64,000 nt of DNA from contig CAWFSF010000006.1 in NCBI GenBank assembly GCA_963818475.1, forward strand, positions 2,048,001 through 2,112,000, written 5' to 3'. The notes beneath the pieces are model-generated. The model searched no databases, was not told the origin of the DNA, and was given only the letters and a program-made list of their open reading frames with translations. Source of the DNA: Nitrospirota bacterium (GTDB lineage: Bacteria; Nitrospirota; UBA9217). A program made the translations under genes and the position numbers. Below, piece after piece: positions 33,034-43,116 of the stretch (position 1 is its first letter; every line of letters begins with the position of its first letter).

Positions 33034-33263
33034 AACGCTTATTTCCCAATACAGAACTCATTAAACCAGAAGTACGAACGACTGTCTCACGCAGAGCCTT
33101 AGAGAGCGCAAGGAAATCAACTACACGAACAGAGCAAACCTATCGTACGAAAGAACCGAATAGAACGGTGTTCCTTTGCATCCCTACTAATTTTTCATAA
33201 CTATTCTCACCTTTGCAAATGAATCCTCTGATGAGTTCGCCGTTAATTCAATCAGTTAAGATT

Positions 33264-33279
33264 TGGCACGCCTGATGCA
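33264..33279 (+). promoter_or_regulatory. sigma54 (-24/-12) promoter
   Basis: TGGCACGCCTGATGCA gives GG-N10-GC, 40 nt before ATG 33319. Confidence 0.7.
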
Positions 33280-33318
33280 ATAAGACAGGCAAGAAAGAAC
33301 GAAAGCGAGGAAACAATA

Positions 33319-33645
33319 ATGAAGACCACCATAGCAAAAAAAGCGGCATTCGGAGGAGCGGGAGCAGGCTTGGTACTGTTCGCACTCTTCGGACTGATCC
33401 CAGGAAGCCTGCTGGGCGGCGCAGCCGGGATCAAGCTTGCAGGAGCGTTCTACGGCCTCCCGCTGGAATCAGGACTCGCGGCTCGCGCCATGGTACTCGC
33501 ATCCATGCTTGTCGGCGTCATGGCGTCCGGCATCACGATCGTCACGGCAACCTCAGCAGCAGGGTGGCTCGTCGGCAACACTGCAGTAACAATGTTCAGA
33601 TCGCCGGCAGAAGCTGAAATGCAGGTTCTGGCAAAGAAAAACTAA
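33319..33645 (+). CDS. Small Gly/Ala-rich membrane protein
   Basis: RBS GAGG; hydrophobic with GLIPGSLLGG; paralog of the next gene. Confidence 0.8.
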   Translation: MKTTIAKKAAFGGAGAGLVLFALFGLIPGSLLGGAAGIKLAGAFYGLPLESGLAARAMVLASMLVGVMASGITIVTATSAAGWLVGNTAVTMFRSPAEAEMQVLAKKN

Positions 33646-33708
33646 CAGACGATTTAATAAAATCAACGTGATCCATCGAGATCACCAAACAGGTAAAAGG
33701 AGATTGTC

Positions 33709-34026
33709 ATGAAGAACGAAACAGTAAAAACGGGAATGAAGATCGGTGCAACAGTGGGCGGACTGGTGTTTGTGGTGGCGGGGATCGTACCGGGATTCTA
33801 CTTCGGCAGCTTCGGGACCCTGATCCTGCTCCAAAAGATCATGGGCGGCGCTGTTGAACCTACGCTCTTTGTGCGGGCCGCGATCGTGATGGGCATCGGT
33901 GTTGGGATCGCCTGTGCAGCCACGGTAAGCATTGTGGTCGGCGGACTGCTCGGCACGGCGGCCGGGTTCATCGCATCTGCCCCCGCATCGCTCCGCAGTC
34001 GGAAGGAAGCAGCTCAGGCAGCATAA
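33709..34026 (+). CDS. Small Gly/Ala-rich membrane protein (paralog)
   Basis: RBS AGGAG; GIVPGFYFGS; followed by terminator AAGGCGGTGAGCAATCACCGCC-T7 at about 34049-34078. Confidence 0.8.
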   Translation: MKNETVKTGMKIGATVGGLVFVVAGIVPGFYFGSFGTLILLQKIMGGAVEPTLFVRAAIVMGIGVGIACAATVSIVVGGLLGTAAGFIASAPASLRSRKEAAQAA

Positions 34027-34190
34027 GTGAGAGTGTGGATGCAAAACGAAGGCGGTGAGCAATCACCGCCTTTTTTTATTTTCAAGACGTCCTCCGCTCG
34101 CCCCATTGCCCTCTTTCCTGATAGGGAGATCGCTATTCCAGGGGAATGGCATGGCATCCTATCGGCACACTGCCTGCCCGGCTTGAACGG

Positions 34191-34382
34191 TCAGGCAGAG
34201 AACAGCGGCATCTGATTCTTGCTCGTTTCCTCTTTGCCTGCATGCCGTCCATATCGTTCTGCGATCTTGTAGATCCTGTCGTGGAACATGTTCTCATCGA
34301 TGGAGCCTGTCTTAAATTCCTCCACGATCAAATAGAACGTCTCAAGGAGTTCTTTTTCCACCCATCCTGAACCAGCACTCAT
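34191..34382 (-). CDS. Small hypothetical protein (63 aa)
   Basis: RBS AAGGAG before ATG 34382; MSAGSGWVEKELLETFYLIVEEF... Confidence 0.5.
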   Translation of the reverse strand: MSAGSGWVEKELLETFYLIVEEFKTGSIDENMFHDRIYKIAERYGRHAGKEETSKNQMPLFSA

Positions 34383-34626
34383 AATTCTGTATTCTCCTTC
34401 TCGATCCGACAAAGCGTTATTACAAGAGCGATAGAATACAAAAAAGCACAATAAATTGCAAGGAATTTTGGGAGCATCCCCCCAATAAATGTTCGGTCTG
34501 ATAAAAGCGATCATCAATAAAAATGCAACCAAAAAAAGAAATATCAACATCACCATCTTCCGCCAATAAAGGACTTTTTTTGTCTTATATTTGGTGTATA
34601 ATAGAGTAGAAAGAGAGGATGAAGCC

Positions 34627-35718
34627 ATGATCTCAAAAATACTCATAGGATCATTGATCCTTTTGCCGTTGCTGGTCACCCATATTGATGCCGCTGATGT
34701 CCCTTCCCTGCAGAAAGCGACCTTTGCAGGCGGCTGCTTCTGGTGCATGGAACCACCCTTTGAGAAATTGGACGGCGTGAAGGAGGTCGTATCGGGCTAT
34801 ACCGGAGGCAGCACCGTCAACCCGACCTATGAAGAAGTTACGGCCGGGAAAACGGGGCATCTCGAGTCCATTGAGGTGACCTTCGACCCGGCGAAAATGT
34901 CCTACGAAAAACTTCTTGATGTCTTCTGGAGACAGATAAACCCCACCGATGCCGGCGGGTCCTTCGTGGACCGCGGCACGTCGTACAAATCGGCCATCTT
35001 TTACCATACCGATGAGCAGAAGAGGCTTGCTGAGGCCTCGAAAAGCAAGCTCCAGCAATCGGGGCGTTTCGTCAAACCGATCGTGACCGAGATCCGTGCT
35101 GCCGGACCTTTTTACCGGGCCGAGGATTACCACCAGGATTATTGGAAAAAGAACCCGGTTCGGTATAAGTTCTACCGCTACAATTCAGGCCGGGACCAGT
35201 ACCTTGAAAAGGTCTGGGGAAAGGAGAAAGCCATGCAAAGTGGCAACGCTGCTGCCGGCACTTTTGTAAAACCGTCCAAGGATGAGTTGAAGAAAAAGCT
35301 GACAGCTACTCAGTTCAAAGTATCTCAGGAGAACGGCACCGAGCCTGCCTTTAAGAACGAGTACTGGAATAACCACCGGGAAGGTATCTATGTGGATATC
35401 GTATCCGGCGAACCACTCTTCAGCTCCCTGGATAAGTACGAGTCCGGCACGGGATGGCCAAGCTTTACCCGGCCGCTTGAACCCGGAAACATCGTGGAGA
35501 AGGAGGACCGGAGCTGGTTCTCGGTCCGTACCGAGGTCCGGAGCAGAGAGGGAGACTCGCACCTGGGTCATGTGTTCAATGACGGCCCAAAACCCACGGG
35601 CCTCCGTTATTGCATGAACTCGGCAGCGCTCCGCTTCATTGCAAAGGAAGACCTTGTCAAGGAAGGTTACGGAAGGTATGTGACGCTCTTCGAGAAGCTA
35701 TACAGGACGACCGGATGA
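34627..35718 (+). CDS. msrAB: Exported bifunctional methionine sulfoxide reductase MsrA-MsrB
   Basis: Signal peptide; MsrA motifs [20 protein letters not shown]; MsrB motifs GTGWPSF, HLGHVF, RYCMNS. Confidence 0.95.
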   Translation: MISKILIGSLILLPLLVTHIDAADVPSLQKATFAGGCFWCMEPPFEKLDGVKEVVSGYTGGSTVNPTYEEVTAGKTGHLESIEVTFDPAKMSYEKLLDVFWRQINPTDAGGSFVDRGTSYKSAIFYHTDEQKRLAEASKSKLQQSGRFVKPIVTEIRAAGPFYRAEDYHQDYWKKNPVRYKFYRYNSGRDQYLEKVWGKEKAMQSGNAAAGTFVKPSKDELKKKLTATQFKVSQENGTEPAFKNEYWNNHREGIYVDIVSGEPLFSSLDKYESGTGWPSFTRPLEPGNIVEKEDRSWFSVRTEVRSREGDSHLGHVFNDGPKPTGLRYCMNSAALRFIAKEDLVKEGYGRYVTLFEKLYRTTG

Positions 35719-36133
35719 TCTCTCGAAGGCATCCTTCTCGTTATAGATATTTTCATGCTGATAGCCGCTTCGTGCTCGCTGACGGCTTCCCGGTCCCTTT
35801 TTTTGCGTTCCGCGGGCCTTCTGCCGCTAAGAGGGGCAGCCTACGAACAGCGCAAACCATTTCCCACGAATACCAAGAACCTGTTTCGCCCGACTGTACC
35901 CTTGCATGGCATATTGCAACCATGACCAGGGTCTGAACCTGCATTCATAAGAAGGAATTTTCATACACCAGGGAACGTCCTGTTATATCGAGCAAAGTCG
36001 TTCATATGTCGTTAATACGCACGTATTTACGCAGGAAATACCAGACAACTTCAGACCAGTCTCCAGACAGTATAAACCGGATGCGTACAACTTATACTCC
36101 GGGAATCAACAGGTTACGTCGCAAAATCACACA

Positions 36134-36149
36134 TGGCACAGCGTTTGCT
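36134..36149 (+). promoter_or_regulatory. sigma54 (-24/-12) promoter
   Basis: TGGCACAGCGTTTGCT is a near-perfect TGGCAC-N5-TTGC consensus. Confidence 0.8.
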
Positions 36150-36243
36150 TTATAGCGTAGAGGGAGGAGATAAGCGTGATCCGGCTCAACAGGCTCACTG
36201 GCCGAAGGTTCCGCGCTGTTGCAAACATTTCAGGAGGTGCCTT

Positions 36244-36501
36244 ATGAATCTCAGTTTTCTTCCAAACAGAAAAACTTTACGCCAAGAGAGAGAGACTATG
36301 CGCGAAGAGATTGAACAGTGGATCGCGCTCAGGAAACTGGACACCCTGCTGGGGGTGTGCAACAGCTGCATGTACAAGGTCTTCGACTTCATCCTTACCC
36401 AGGAATGCCGCACCTGCACGGTGCGGGATGGGATACTCAGGATCACGAAAGAAGAGCAGCGGGAAGCATGGAAGGAAGACGAGTTTCTGGGGGTTTGCTG
36501 A
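36244..36501 (+). CDS. Small CxxC-x12-CxxC protein (85 aa)
   Basis: RBS AGGAGG before ATG 36244; CNSC...CRTC; ends FLGVC. Confidence 0.65.
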   Translation: MNLSFLPNRKTLRQERETMREEIEQWIALRKLDTLLGVCNSCMYKVFDFILTQECRTCTVRDGILRITKEEQREAWKEDEFLGVC

Positions 36502-36666
36502 AAAGGGGACGAAAAGCTGAAATTCACGCCTCGGCCTGACCGGGTGCCACAGACTTGGTAGCATCCTATCGAGACGAGCATCTGAACGAATCATTGAGAC
36601 CTGTGCTAAGAAAATAGGGCCATCGGACAGATACAAACGTATTTAATACCAGAGATCACAGCACAT

Positions 36667-36708
36667 AAAAACGGCTGCCAGGGCATTCCCTGACAGCCGT
36701 TTTTTTTT
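36667..36708. terminator. Bidirectional terminator between convergent genes
   Basis: AAAAACGGCTGCCAGGGCATTCCCTGACAGCCG followed by T9. Confidence 0.75.
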
Positions 36709-36763
36709 ATATTCTTGAATCTTCTCGCCGTTACTGCTTGAGCCTTGCGGAACCTGGCGATAA

Positions 36764-38119
36764 TCAGCGGGTCGAGCCCGGTTTGCTGGTGTGCGGCCGA
36801 AACGACCGGGCGCCGGCGGGACGGGCCGTCGGCGTTGACGATCCCCCTGGTCCAGCGCTGCGCTGCTGATGAGCTGCATGCGTCTTCGGCCGTGCTCCTG
36901 CACCGTGCGATCCGCCATGCTCCGCTTTCGGCTGGGTTCTCCGGCGCTGCGGCTCACGCGGCGGGCGGGCGAATTCGGCATCGCGCGCAGGGGCTGATTT
37001 TTTGTAATCGAAATCCTTCAGCGTGCGCCGCTCGATCTTCTCGCCCAGCACCCGCTCTATGCTCCGAACCAGCGGCTCGTCCTCACGGCTGACGAACGTA
37101 AAAGCGTCGCCCGTCTTGGCCGCGCGGCCCGTCCTGCCGATGCGGTGCGTGTAAGCATCGGTCGTGTCCGGGATATCATAGTTGATGACGTGGGATATGG
37201 ACGAAACATCGATGCCGCGGGCAGCGATGTCCGTTGCCACCAGGATCTGGTAGGCGCCGCTCCTGAACCCGTCGAGCGCTTCCTGGCGTTTGTTCTGGGA
37301 CAGGTTCCCTTGGAGCGAGGCGGCCTTGTATCCTGCTTTTTCTAGCTGCTGCCCGATGCGCTTGGCGCGGTGCTTGGTGCGCGTGAAGATCAGGATCGAT
37401 TCCGTGTCCGTATGCTTCAGGAGCTCCATCAGGAGCCCGGTCTTCAGATGCTGCTCGACCGGATAGAGCGCGTGTGACACGGTGTTGGCCGGGGCCGTAT
37501 GGCCCACCTGGACCGTGACCGGGCTATGCAGCACTTCATGGGCCAGTTTCCGAATGTCGTCGGCCATGGTGGCCGAGAACATGAGGTTCTGGCGCTTCAC
37601 CGGCAGCTGTTTCATGATCCTGCGGATATCGGGCAGGAAGCCCATATCGAACATGCGGTCCGCCTCGTCGAGCACCAGGACCTCGAGATGCGAAAGATCG
37701 ATGGTCCGCTGATTGATGTGGTCCAGCAAGCGGCCCGGGCAGGCGACAACGATGTCGACGCCTTCGCGCAGCCGCTGGATCTGCGGGTTCACGCCCACAC
37801 CGCCGTAAATGGTGCAGCTTCGCAGCTTCGTGTCGCGGCCGAGCGCCACGATCGCGACGTGAATCTGCTCCGCCAGTTCGCGCGTGGGCGCGATGATCAG
37901 CGTGCGAACCTTCCCACGCGTGCCCGGGAGCAGGCGCTGCAGAATCGGCAGCACAAAAGCCGCGGTCTTGCCGGTCCCGGTCTGGGCAAGGCCCATGACA
38001 TCCTTGCCTTCGAGCACCGGCGGGATGGCCTGGACCTGGATGGGGGTCGGAGTGGTATAGCCGAGCGCCTTGACGCCCGTCATTATCTGCGGATGAAGCT
38101 TGAACGAATTGAAACCCAT
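36764..38119 (-). CDS. rhlE: DEAD-box RNA helicase RhlE-like
   Basis: TPTPIQ, AQTGTGKT, PTRELA, DEADRMFDMGF, SAT, FTRTKHRA, HRIGRTGR. Confidence 0.9.
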   Translation of the reverse strand: MGFNSFKLHPQIMTGVKALGYTTPTPIQVQAIPPVLEGKDVMGLAQTGTGKTAAFVLPILQRLLPGTRGKVRTLIIAPTRELAEQIHVAIVALGRDTKLRSCTIYGGVGVNPQIQRLREGVDIVVACPGRLLDHINQRTIDLSHLEVLVLDEADRMFDMGFLPDIRRIMKQLPVKRQNLMFSATMADDIRKLAHEVLHSPVTVQVGHTAPANTVSHALYPVEQHLKTGLLMELLKHTDTESILIFTRTKHRAKRIGQQLEKAGYKAASLQGNLSQNKRQEALDGFRSGAYQILVATDIAARGIDVSSISHVINYDIPDTTDAYTHRIGRTGRAAKTGDAFTFVSREDEPLVRSIERVLGEKIERRTLKDFDYKKSAPARDAEFARPPREPQRRRTQPKAEHGGSHGAGARPKTHAAHQQRSAGPGGSSTPTARPAGARSFRPHTSKPGSTR

Positions 38120-38366
38120 GGTACCTACTTTCTGTGCGACAACAGGTGAAAAGCGGCACAGACCCCTGTCGCTGGGGGAACGACCGCCTGGGCATAACGG
38201 CGGACAGGAAAAAGCTCCTGGCAGTCCTTAGCCCTATCGAAAAAACAGTGTAACATTGGTAGCTGAAGCAGGATATGACCGATGATCTTCGTGTTAGGAG
38301 GACGTTGTGAGCGGATAGCTGCAGAGAGTCTCTAACGACGGTTATGGCAGTCACTTCAATGCACTC

Positions 38367-38395
38367 ACTATAACCTTATACCAGCATACTGTCAA
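38367..38395 (-). promoter_or_regulatory. sigma70 promoter of second DEAD-box gene
   Basis: Minus strand TTGACA-N17-TATAGT, about 245 nt upstream of the ATG. Confidence 0.75.
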
Positions 38396-38588
38396 TGCAT
38401 TTGTTGCTGCGGGCGCCTAAACAAGAATGCAACCCCTTTTTTTCCTACTATATTAATGATTAATGCAGCATCTATCAGGATTGGGTTATTTTTGTCTGTC
38501 TCCAATTCACTGAAGGGCGGGGAGTACAGCGTTTTCTTTCAGGGCTGATCTTGGCGGCAATTCGGAACAAAGAGGAAGGCTTTGCATG

Positions 38589-38621
38589 AAAAGGCCCCTG
38601 GAATATCCAGGGGCCTTCTTT
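38589..38621 (-). terminator. Terminator at end of surface-protein operon
   Basis: Minus strand AAGGCCCCTGGATATTCCAGGGGCC-TTTT. Confidence 0.75.
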
Positions 38622-38655
38622 ACTTCGGGCCGGTCGTGTTCCCTTCCGGCTTCAT

Positions 38656-41600
38656 CTAATTTATCAACTCCAACAGGTACCACTTCCTCTCCCAGACCTT
38701 GAGCAGTTCATCGAGCCCGGTGCGTAGAGCGGGTGCATCAATCGATAGCATTCGCACCTCCTCGATTGCCTGGAGGATGAGCTTGATGTTATCTTCAGCA
38801 ACCCTCCTGGTTCCGGCATTCGTATCCACGAGCATCAGAAGGTCGATGGCTTTCGCGACCCGATCAGCATCGGAAACCGTTTTGACGGCCAAGGCACGCA
38901 AGTCAGCGAGGACCATCCCGAGCTGTTCGCCGGAGCTGTTCTGCACGGTGAGCATAAGCTCATACTGGCCGTACGTCCTGAAGAACCCGTTATTGTTGTA
39001 GGCCAATTCGGTTTTCGTCAGGTAGCTGCCGGCCGCATCCGGAAGGTTGAGATAGTACCCGAATCCGGCCCTTTCGTTCGCCGTCATGGATTTCTGCCAT
39101 GTTAATGTGTCATCCACAGGCGTTACCCGAGGAACGACGGTGTCAACGGTCGCACCGTAAGGGAGGCTTTCGATCATCTTCATTTCCACAGGTTCGGTTG
39201 AATTCGTGACGGTTATCCTGATGGGCGCGCTCCCCAGGGCACTCGACGTTTGCGCCGCAGGCCGTACGAAGTTGAGGCTTTCGATGAGCAGTGCGGAAGC
39301 AAGCGACTGATCGTCCGCGTTCAGAAGATCGAAGGTGTAGAGAAGAACCTTGCCTCGTTCATACTGGTTGAAAACGACGGCAGGATAGACATCCTTCTTA
39401 TCGAGAACCGAGCCAAACATCTGAGCTGTCGTGGAGGTGATCGCCGATACGATGCTCTTTCCGGTTGCCCGGAGAGATCCCTCGATGCTGACAGGACTCT
39501 CTTGCAACGTTATCGTCAGGTTATCGCTGGTCGTCTTGCCAGAGAATTTCAGGCCGAAGGCGTCGTCCAGGAATGGATCTGCATTCGGTTTTGTCTTGAT
39601 GAAGATAAGCCCGTCACCGGAGAACACCGATTCCCGGATTTCCCCGCCGATGAGCGGGTCCTTGACATCGATCAGGATGTAGGTGTTGTATCTTCCTGAT
39701 CGAAGCGCTATCGTAAAGTCGTCCACTGTTTCAGTGACAGTATAGGTCAGATTGAGTGACGTCAGGAGTCTGTTCAACATCTGCAAATCTGCCTGCTTCT
39801 GAGCAAGGTCCGAATTGTCGCTCTCAACGCCGACAAGGATGATCGAGTCGGCTGCTGTCTTCTTCTCCATCTCCATGATGATCAGCCGCACGGTGATCGA
39901 TGTTTCAGCCTCTTCGTTCAGGACGTTGTCCGTCGCCCTATAAGCTAGAGTATATTGCCCTGCCTTCATCCCGGCAAGGCTGAAGCTTCCCGAATACACC
40001 TGCCATGCGCCATTATTGATGCGGTACGCGGCTGTTCTTACGCCGGATAAGGCATCAGCCGGCATCAAGCTGAAAGATGTCGAAGGAGACACCGTATTGA
40101 TTACACCCTCAATCAACGGGTCTGACGCCGAAATCGAGGTCTGCGGCGCTGTTTTGTCAAGGATGACGGCGAGTTCTTCTATGTCCCCGCGATTATCCAG
40201 GTTATCGACGGACCGATATCTGATTGTGCGGGTTCCCTCATTATAGGAAGACAGCGTGAACATGGTCGTATAAGCGCTCCACGGTCCTCCATCGATACTG
40301 TATTCGACTTTACTTACTCCGCTTACCGCGTCCACGGCAGTAATGGTTACTCCGGTGCTGCTGCTCACATACAGTTTTCCCTCAGACGGGTATTGAGGAA
40401 CTCCAACCGTTACCGTTGATACCGGCGCGGCATTGTCCACGATCACGGCAAGCGTCTTAAAGGTCTCCGTATTCAATACATTGTCCCTGCTATAGTAGTC
40501 GATCGAATGCATACCTTCAGAGGCAATCGTGAACGGCGCATATGTCGTCCATTCTCCGCCGTCTATCCGGTACTCGGTCAGAGCAGCGCCGGAGATATTG
40601 TCCGTCGCGGAAAGGATGAACGTCGTGGAACCCGTTACATAGAGCTTCCCGTCAGCCGCGGTATACTTCGGCTCGCCGGTCATAATGGTCGTCACCGGCG
40701 GGGTTTTGTCTGCAAGCACGGCAAGCGTCTTGAAGGTCTCAGCGTTGGATACGTTGTCCTTGCTGTAATAGTCGATCGTGTGCGTGCCTTCCGTTAAAAT
40801 TGCAAAAGGCGAATAGGTCGTCCATGCTCCACCGTCGATCCGGTACTCGGTGGCCGCAATACCGGAGAGATTATCAGCTGCGGCAAGCGTAACGGTTGTG
40901 CCGTCCGTGATGTACAGTTTCCCGTCAGCGGCAGTGAACTGCTGTCCGTTTGTTGTGATCGTTGTCAGCGGCGGCGTGTTGTCCACAATTGCTGCAAAGG
41001 TCTTATCCGGCTCGGAATTGGCAACATTGTCCCTGCTGTGATAAAGGATCGTATGGCTGCCTTCTGCCGGGATCCAAAAGGGAGCAGCCGTGATCCACGG
41101 CCCGGCATCCAGCTTGAATTCGGCCATGGCCACGCCGCTCAGGGCATCCACGGTTGAAAGCGTGAAGGACGTGTTTTGCGTGACATAAACGGAGCCGTCC
41201 GGTCCGATATACCTGGGCTCGCTCGAAGCGAGCGTCGTCACGGGGACTGTTGTGTCCAGTGTTACGGCAAGAGTATGATACTCTTCGGTGTTGGTTGCCC
41301 GGTCGACGGCCCGATAGTCCAGAGTGAGCGGTCCATCACTCATTCCTGCAAGTGCTGCCGGCGTCTGGTACACGTTCCACGCCGCCTCATTCGTCCGATA
41401 CTCGAGTTTGTCCACGCCGGACATGATCGTGCCCGGATCGGACCCAGCCAGGGTCAACGGAGTCGCGCCGGCAACGTAAAGCAGTCCGTTGCTCTCGAAC
41501 GTCGGCGATCCTATGGTCATCGTACTGGTGGGCCTGGTCTTGTCTATGAAGAACGCATAGACTTCGCTCAAGCTGTTTCCCGCCTTGTCCCGGGCTTGTA

Positions 41601-43116
41601 TCCGCAGCTCATAGTTGTTCTCCGCGGTAATCAGCGTCCCGCTCGTGTAGGCGTCCCCGTTCAGGGAGGTCTCCACCATTTCCAGATCGGCATCCGTCAC
41701 CGAGATGATCGGGCTGAGGTCCGTATTATAGTAGATGCCTTTTGCAATGCCGGCCACGGAGATCGCAGGCGGGGTCTTGTCAACGGTAAATGCAATTTCT
41801 TTCACGCTGCTGTTTCCGGCGGTGTCGGTCGCGGTGACCTTCAGAAGGTAATTCCCTTCCACGCTTATCGGAAGTTGAGCATAGGATATGCCGTTCAGCG
41901 TAATCTCGTTGAATGCAAGATTTTCATCCTGAACGGTAATGACCGGCTGGACGTCGGAAGGATAGTACACATTGTTCGATATGCCGCTGACCGTGATTCT
42001 CGGGGCAACGTCGTCCACTGCCGCGGCGTAAACGATAACGCCGGAGCTCTCGTTTCCATGGGCGTCGTAAGCGGTTATCCTGACCGGTGATGCCTGGCCC
42101 AGAGCGAGCCCGGACATTTCAACGCCGGTTGAGGCGGCATTCACAATGTCGCTTACCCGGACGCCGGAGGCGTTATAAACGCGGTATCCTGCGGTATCCG
42201 AAGACGGCGAAGGAAGCCAGGACAGTACTGCCGTGCCGCTCTCGTCCCCGGCTTTGTCAACAGCGTGAACATTGGTAACCTCGGATGGCGCAGTATTGAT
42301 GGCAAGATCAACGGCTGTTTCGCAGAGAAGCGTGGTCCCCGCATTTACCGACTGAACCAATACCGCATTGAGCGCATGTGTTCCCGTCGAATTGTCCAAT
42401 TCATACGCAGTTCCGAGAGAAAGTTTTGCCGTGGTCAATGCAGCCGTTGCGTCCTCGCCCGACAGTCCGATCAGGTTCGGCGCTTGCGTATAGCACTTCA
42501 AATCCACGGTGGCCCCCGTATTATTCTCGACGGGATAAACAGTGCTCCCCTCAAGCAAGGCGACATCGACAAGAGATATAACGATCTTCTCGGCTGCCGC
42601 CTGGCTGCCGGCGTTGATCTGAAAACGGGCGACGGTACCGCTGCCTGATGGCAGTGCGGCTCCGTTGGTCTGGCCCAGCGTGTATAACGCGGAACCATTC
42701 TGAAGTATTTCATTGTCCATCACGAGGATCCCGTGGGATCCTTTCGAATTCCAGAAGAAGTCACCGACTCCTGAGCGGCTGGTTGTGGCCGGACCGACGA
42801 TGAGCGGCGAGGAAACCGAAATGTCCCCCGGCTGGCCTTGGGCAGTATCCGAAACCGGCGCTACCGTGGATCCGGGCGCGCTTACGTTCAGCCGGAACTG
42901 GATGGCGCCCAGGCCTTCGGCAGGGATGCCCTCGACCACAACATCGGCGTAAAAGCTCTCTCCGGGCGTTACCTTGGAAGCGGACGGAACGACCTTGATA
43001 CCGGCTGCCGACGCTGTTCCCGCCATACAGCACAGCGCGAACGCAGCCAGGCAGGACGTCAGCAGGAGAGTTCCCGCTGTTCCGGACAATCGTGCGATCG
43101 GTGATTTACTGAACAT
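38656..43116 (-). CDS. Secreted scaffold-like protein: cohesin + PASTA + FN3 + tandem Ig-like repeats (1486 aa)
   Basis: Signal peptide MFSKSPIARL...TASA. Cohesin-like VTPGESFYADVVV...GLGAIQFRLN...SGSGTVARFQI. PASTA-like APNLIGLSGEDATAALTTAKL...VLVQS. Repeated D.TPP.TT...DNLSG...TEYRIDGG.W...EG.H.I.YYS.DNV.N units. Confidence 0.8.
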   Translation of the reverse strand: MFSKSPIARLSGTAGTLLLTSCLAAFALCCMAGTASAAGIKVVPSASKVTPGESFYADVVVEGIPAEGLGAIQFRLNVSAPGSTVAPVSDTAQGQPGDISVSSPLIVGPATTSRSGVGDFFWNSKGSHGILVMDNEILQNGSALYTLGQTNGAALPSGSGTVARFQINAGSQAAAEKIVISLVDVALLEGSTVYPVENNTGATVDLKCYTQAPNLIGLSGEDATAALTTAKLSLGTAYELDNSTGTHALNAVLVQSVNAGTTLLCETAVDLAINTAPSEVTNVHAVDKAGDESGTAVLSWLPSPSSDTAGYRVYNASGVRVSDIVNAASTGVEMSGLALGQASPVRITAYDAHGNESSGVIVYAAAVDDVAPRITVSGISNNVYYPSDVQPVITVQDENLAFNEITLNGISYAQLPISVEGNYLLKVTATDTAGNSSVKEIAFTVDKTPPAISVAGIAKGIYYNTDLSPIISVTDADLEMVETSLNGDAYTSGTLITAENNYELRIQARDKAGNSLSEVYAFFIDKTRPTSTMTIGSPTFESNGLLYVAGATPLTLAGSDPGTIMSGVDKLEYRTNEAAWNVYQTPAALAGMSDGPLTLDYRAVDRATNTEEYHTLAVTLDTTVPVTTLASSEPRYIGPDGSVYVTQNTSFTLSTVDALSGVAMAEFKLDAGPWITAAPFWIPAEGSHTILYHSRDNVANSEPDKTFAAIVDNTPPLTTITTNGQQFTAADGKLYITDGTTVTLAAADNLSGIAATEYRIDGGAWTTYSPFAILTEGTHTIDYYSKDNVSNAETFKTLAVLADKTPPVTTIMTGEPKYTAADGKLYVTGSTTFILSATDNISGAALTEYRIDGGEWTTYAPFTIASEGMHSIDYYSRDNVLNTETFKTLAVIVDNAAPVSTVTVGVPQYPSEGKLYVSSSTGVTITAVDAVSGVSKVEYSIDGGPWSAYTTMFTLSSYNEGTRTIRYRSVDNLDNRGDIEELAVILDKTAPQTSISASDPLIEGVINTVSPSTSFSLMPADALSGVRTAAYRINNGAWQVYSGSFSLAGMKAGQYTLAYRATDNVLNEEAETSITVRLIIMEMEKKTAADSIILVGVESDNSDLAQKQADLQMLNRLLTSLNLTYTVTETVDDFTIALRSGRYNTYILIDVKDPLIGGEIRESVFSGDGLIFIKTKPNADPFLDDAFGLKFSGKTTSDNLTITLQESPVSIEGSLRATGKSIVSAITSTTAQMFGSVLDKKDVYPAVVFNQYERGKVLLYTFDLLNADDQSLASALLIESLNFVRPAAQTSSALGSAPIRITVTNSTEPVEMKMIESLPYGATVDTVVPRVTPVDDTLTWQKSMTANERAGFGYYLNLPDAAGSYLTKTELAYNNNGFFRTYGQYELMLTVQNSSGEQLGMVLADLRALAVKTVSDADRVAKAIDLLMLVDTNAGTRRVAEDNIKLILQAIEEVRMLSIDAPALRTGLDELLKVWERKWYLLELIN

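Noticed and set aside
34152-34166. Third sigma54-like site TGGCATCCTATCGGC
   Set aside because: Poor -12 element and no downstream plus-strand gene at a suitable distance.
34627-35718. Possible selenocysteine in MsrA/MsrB
   Set aside because: Both catalytic positions are ordinary Cys codons in an uninterrupted ORF.
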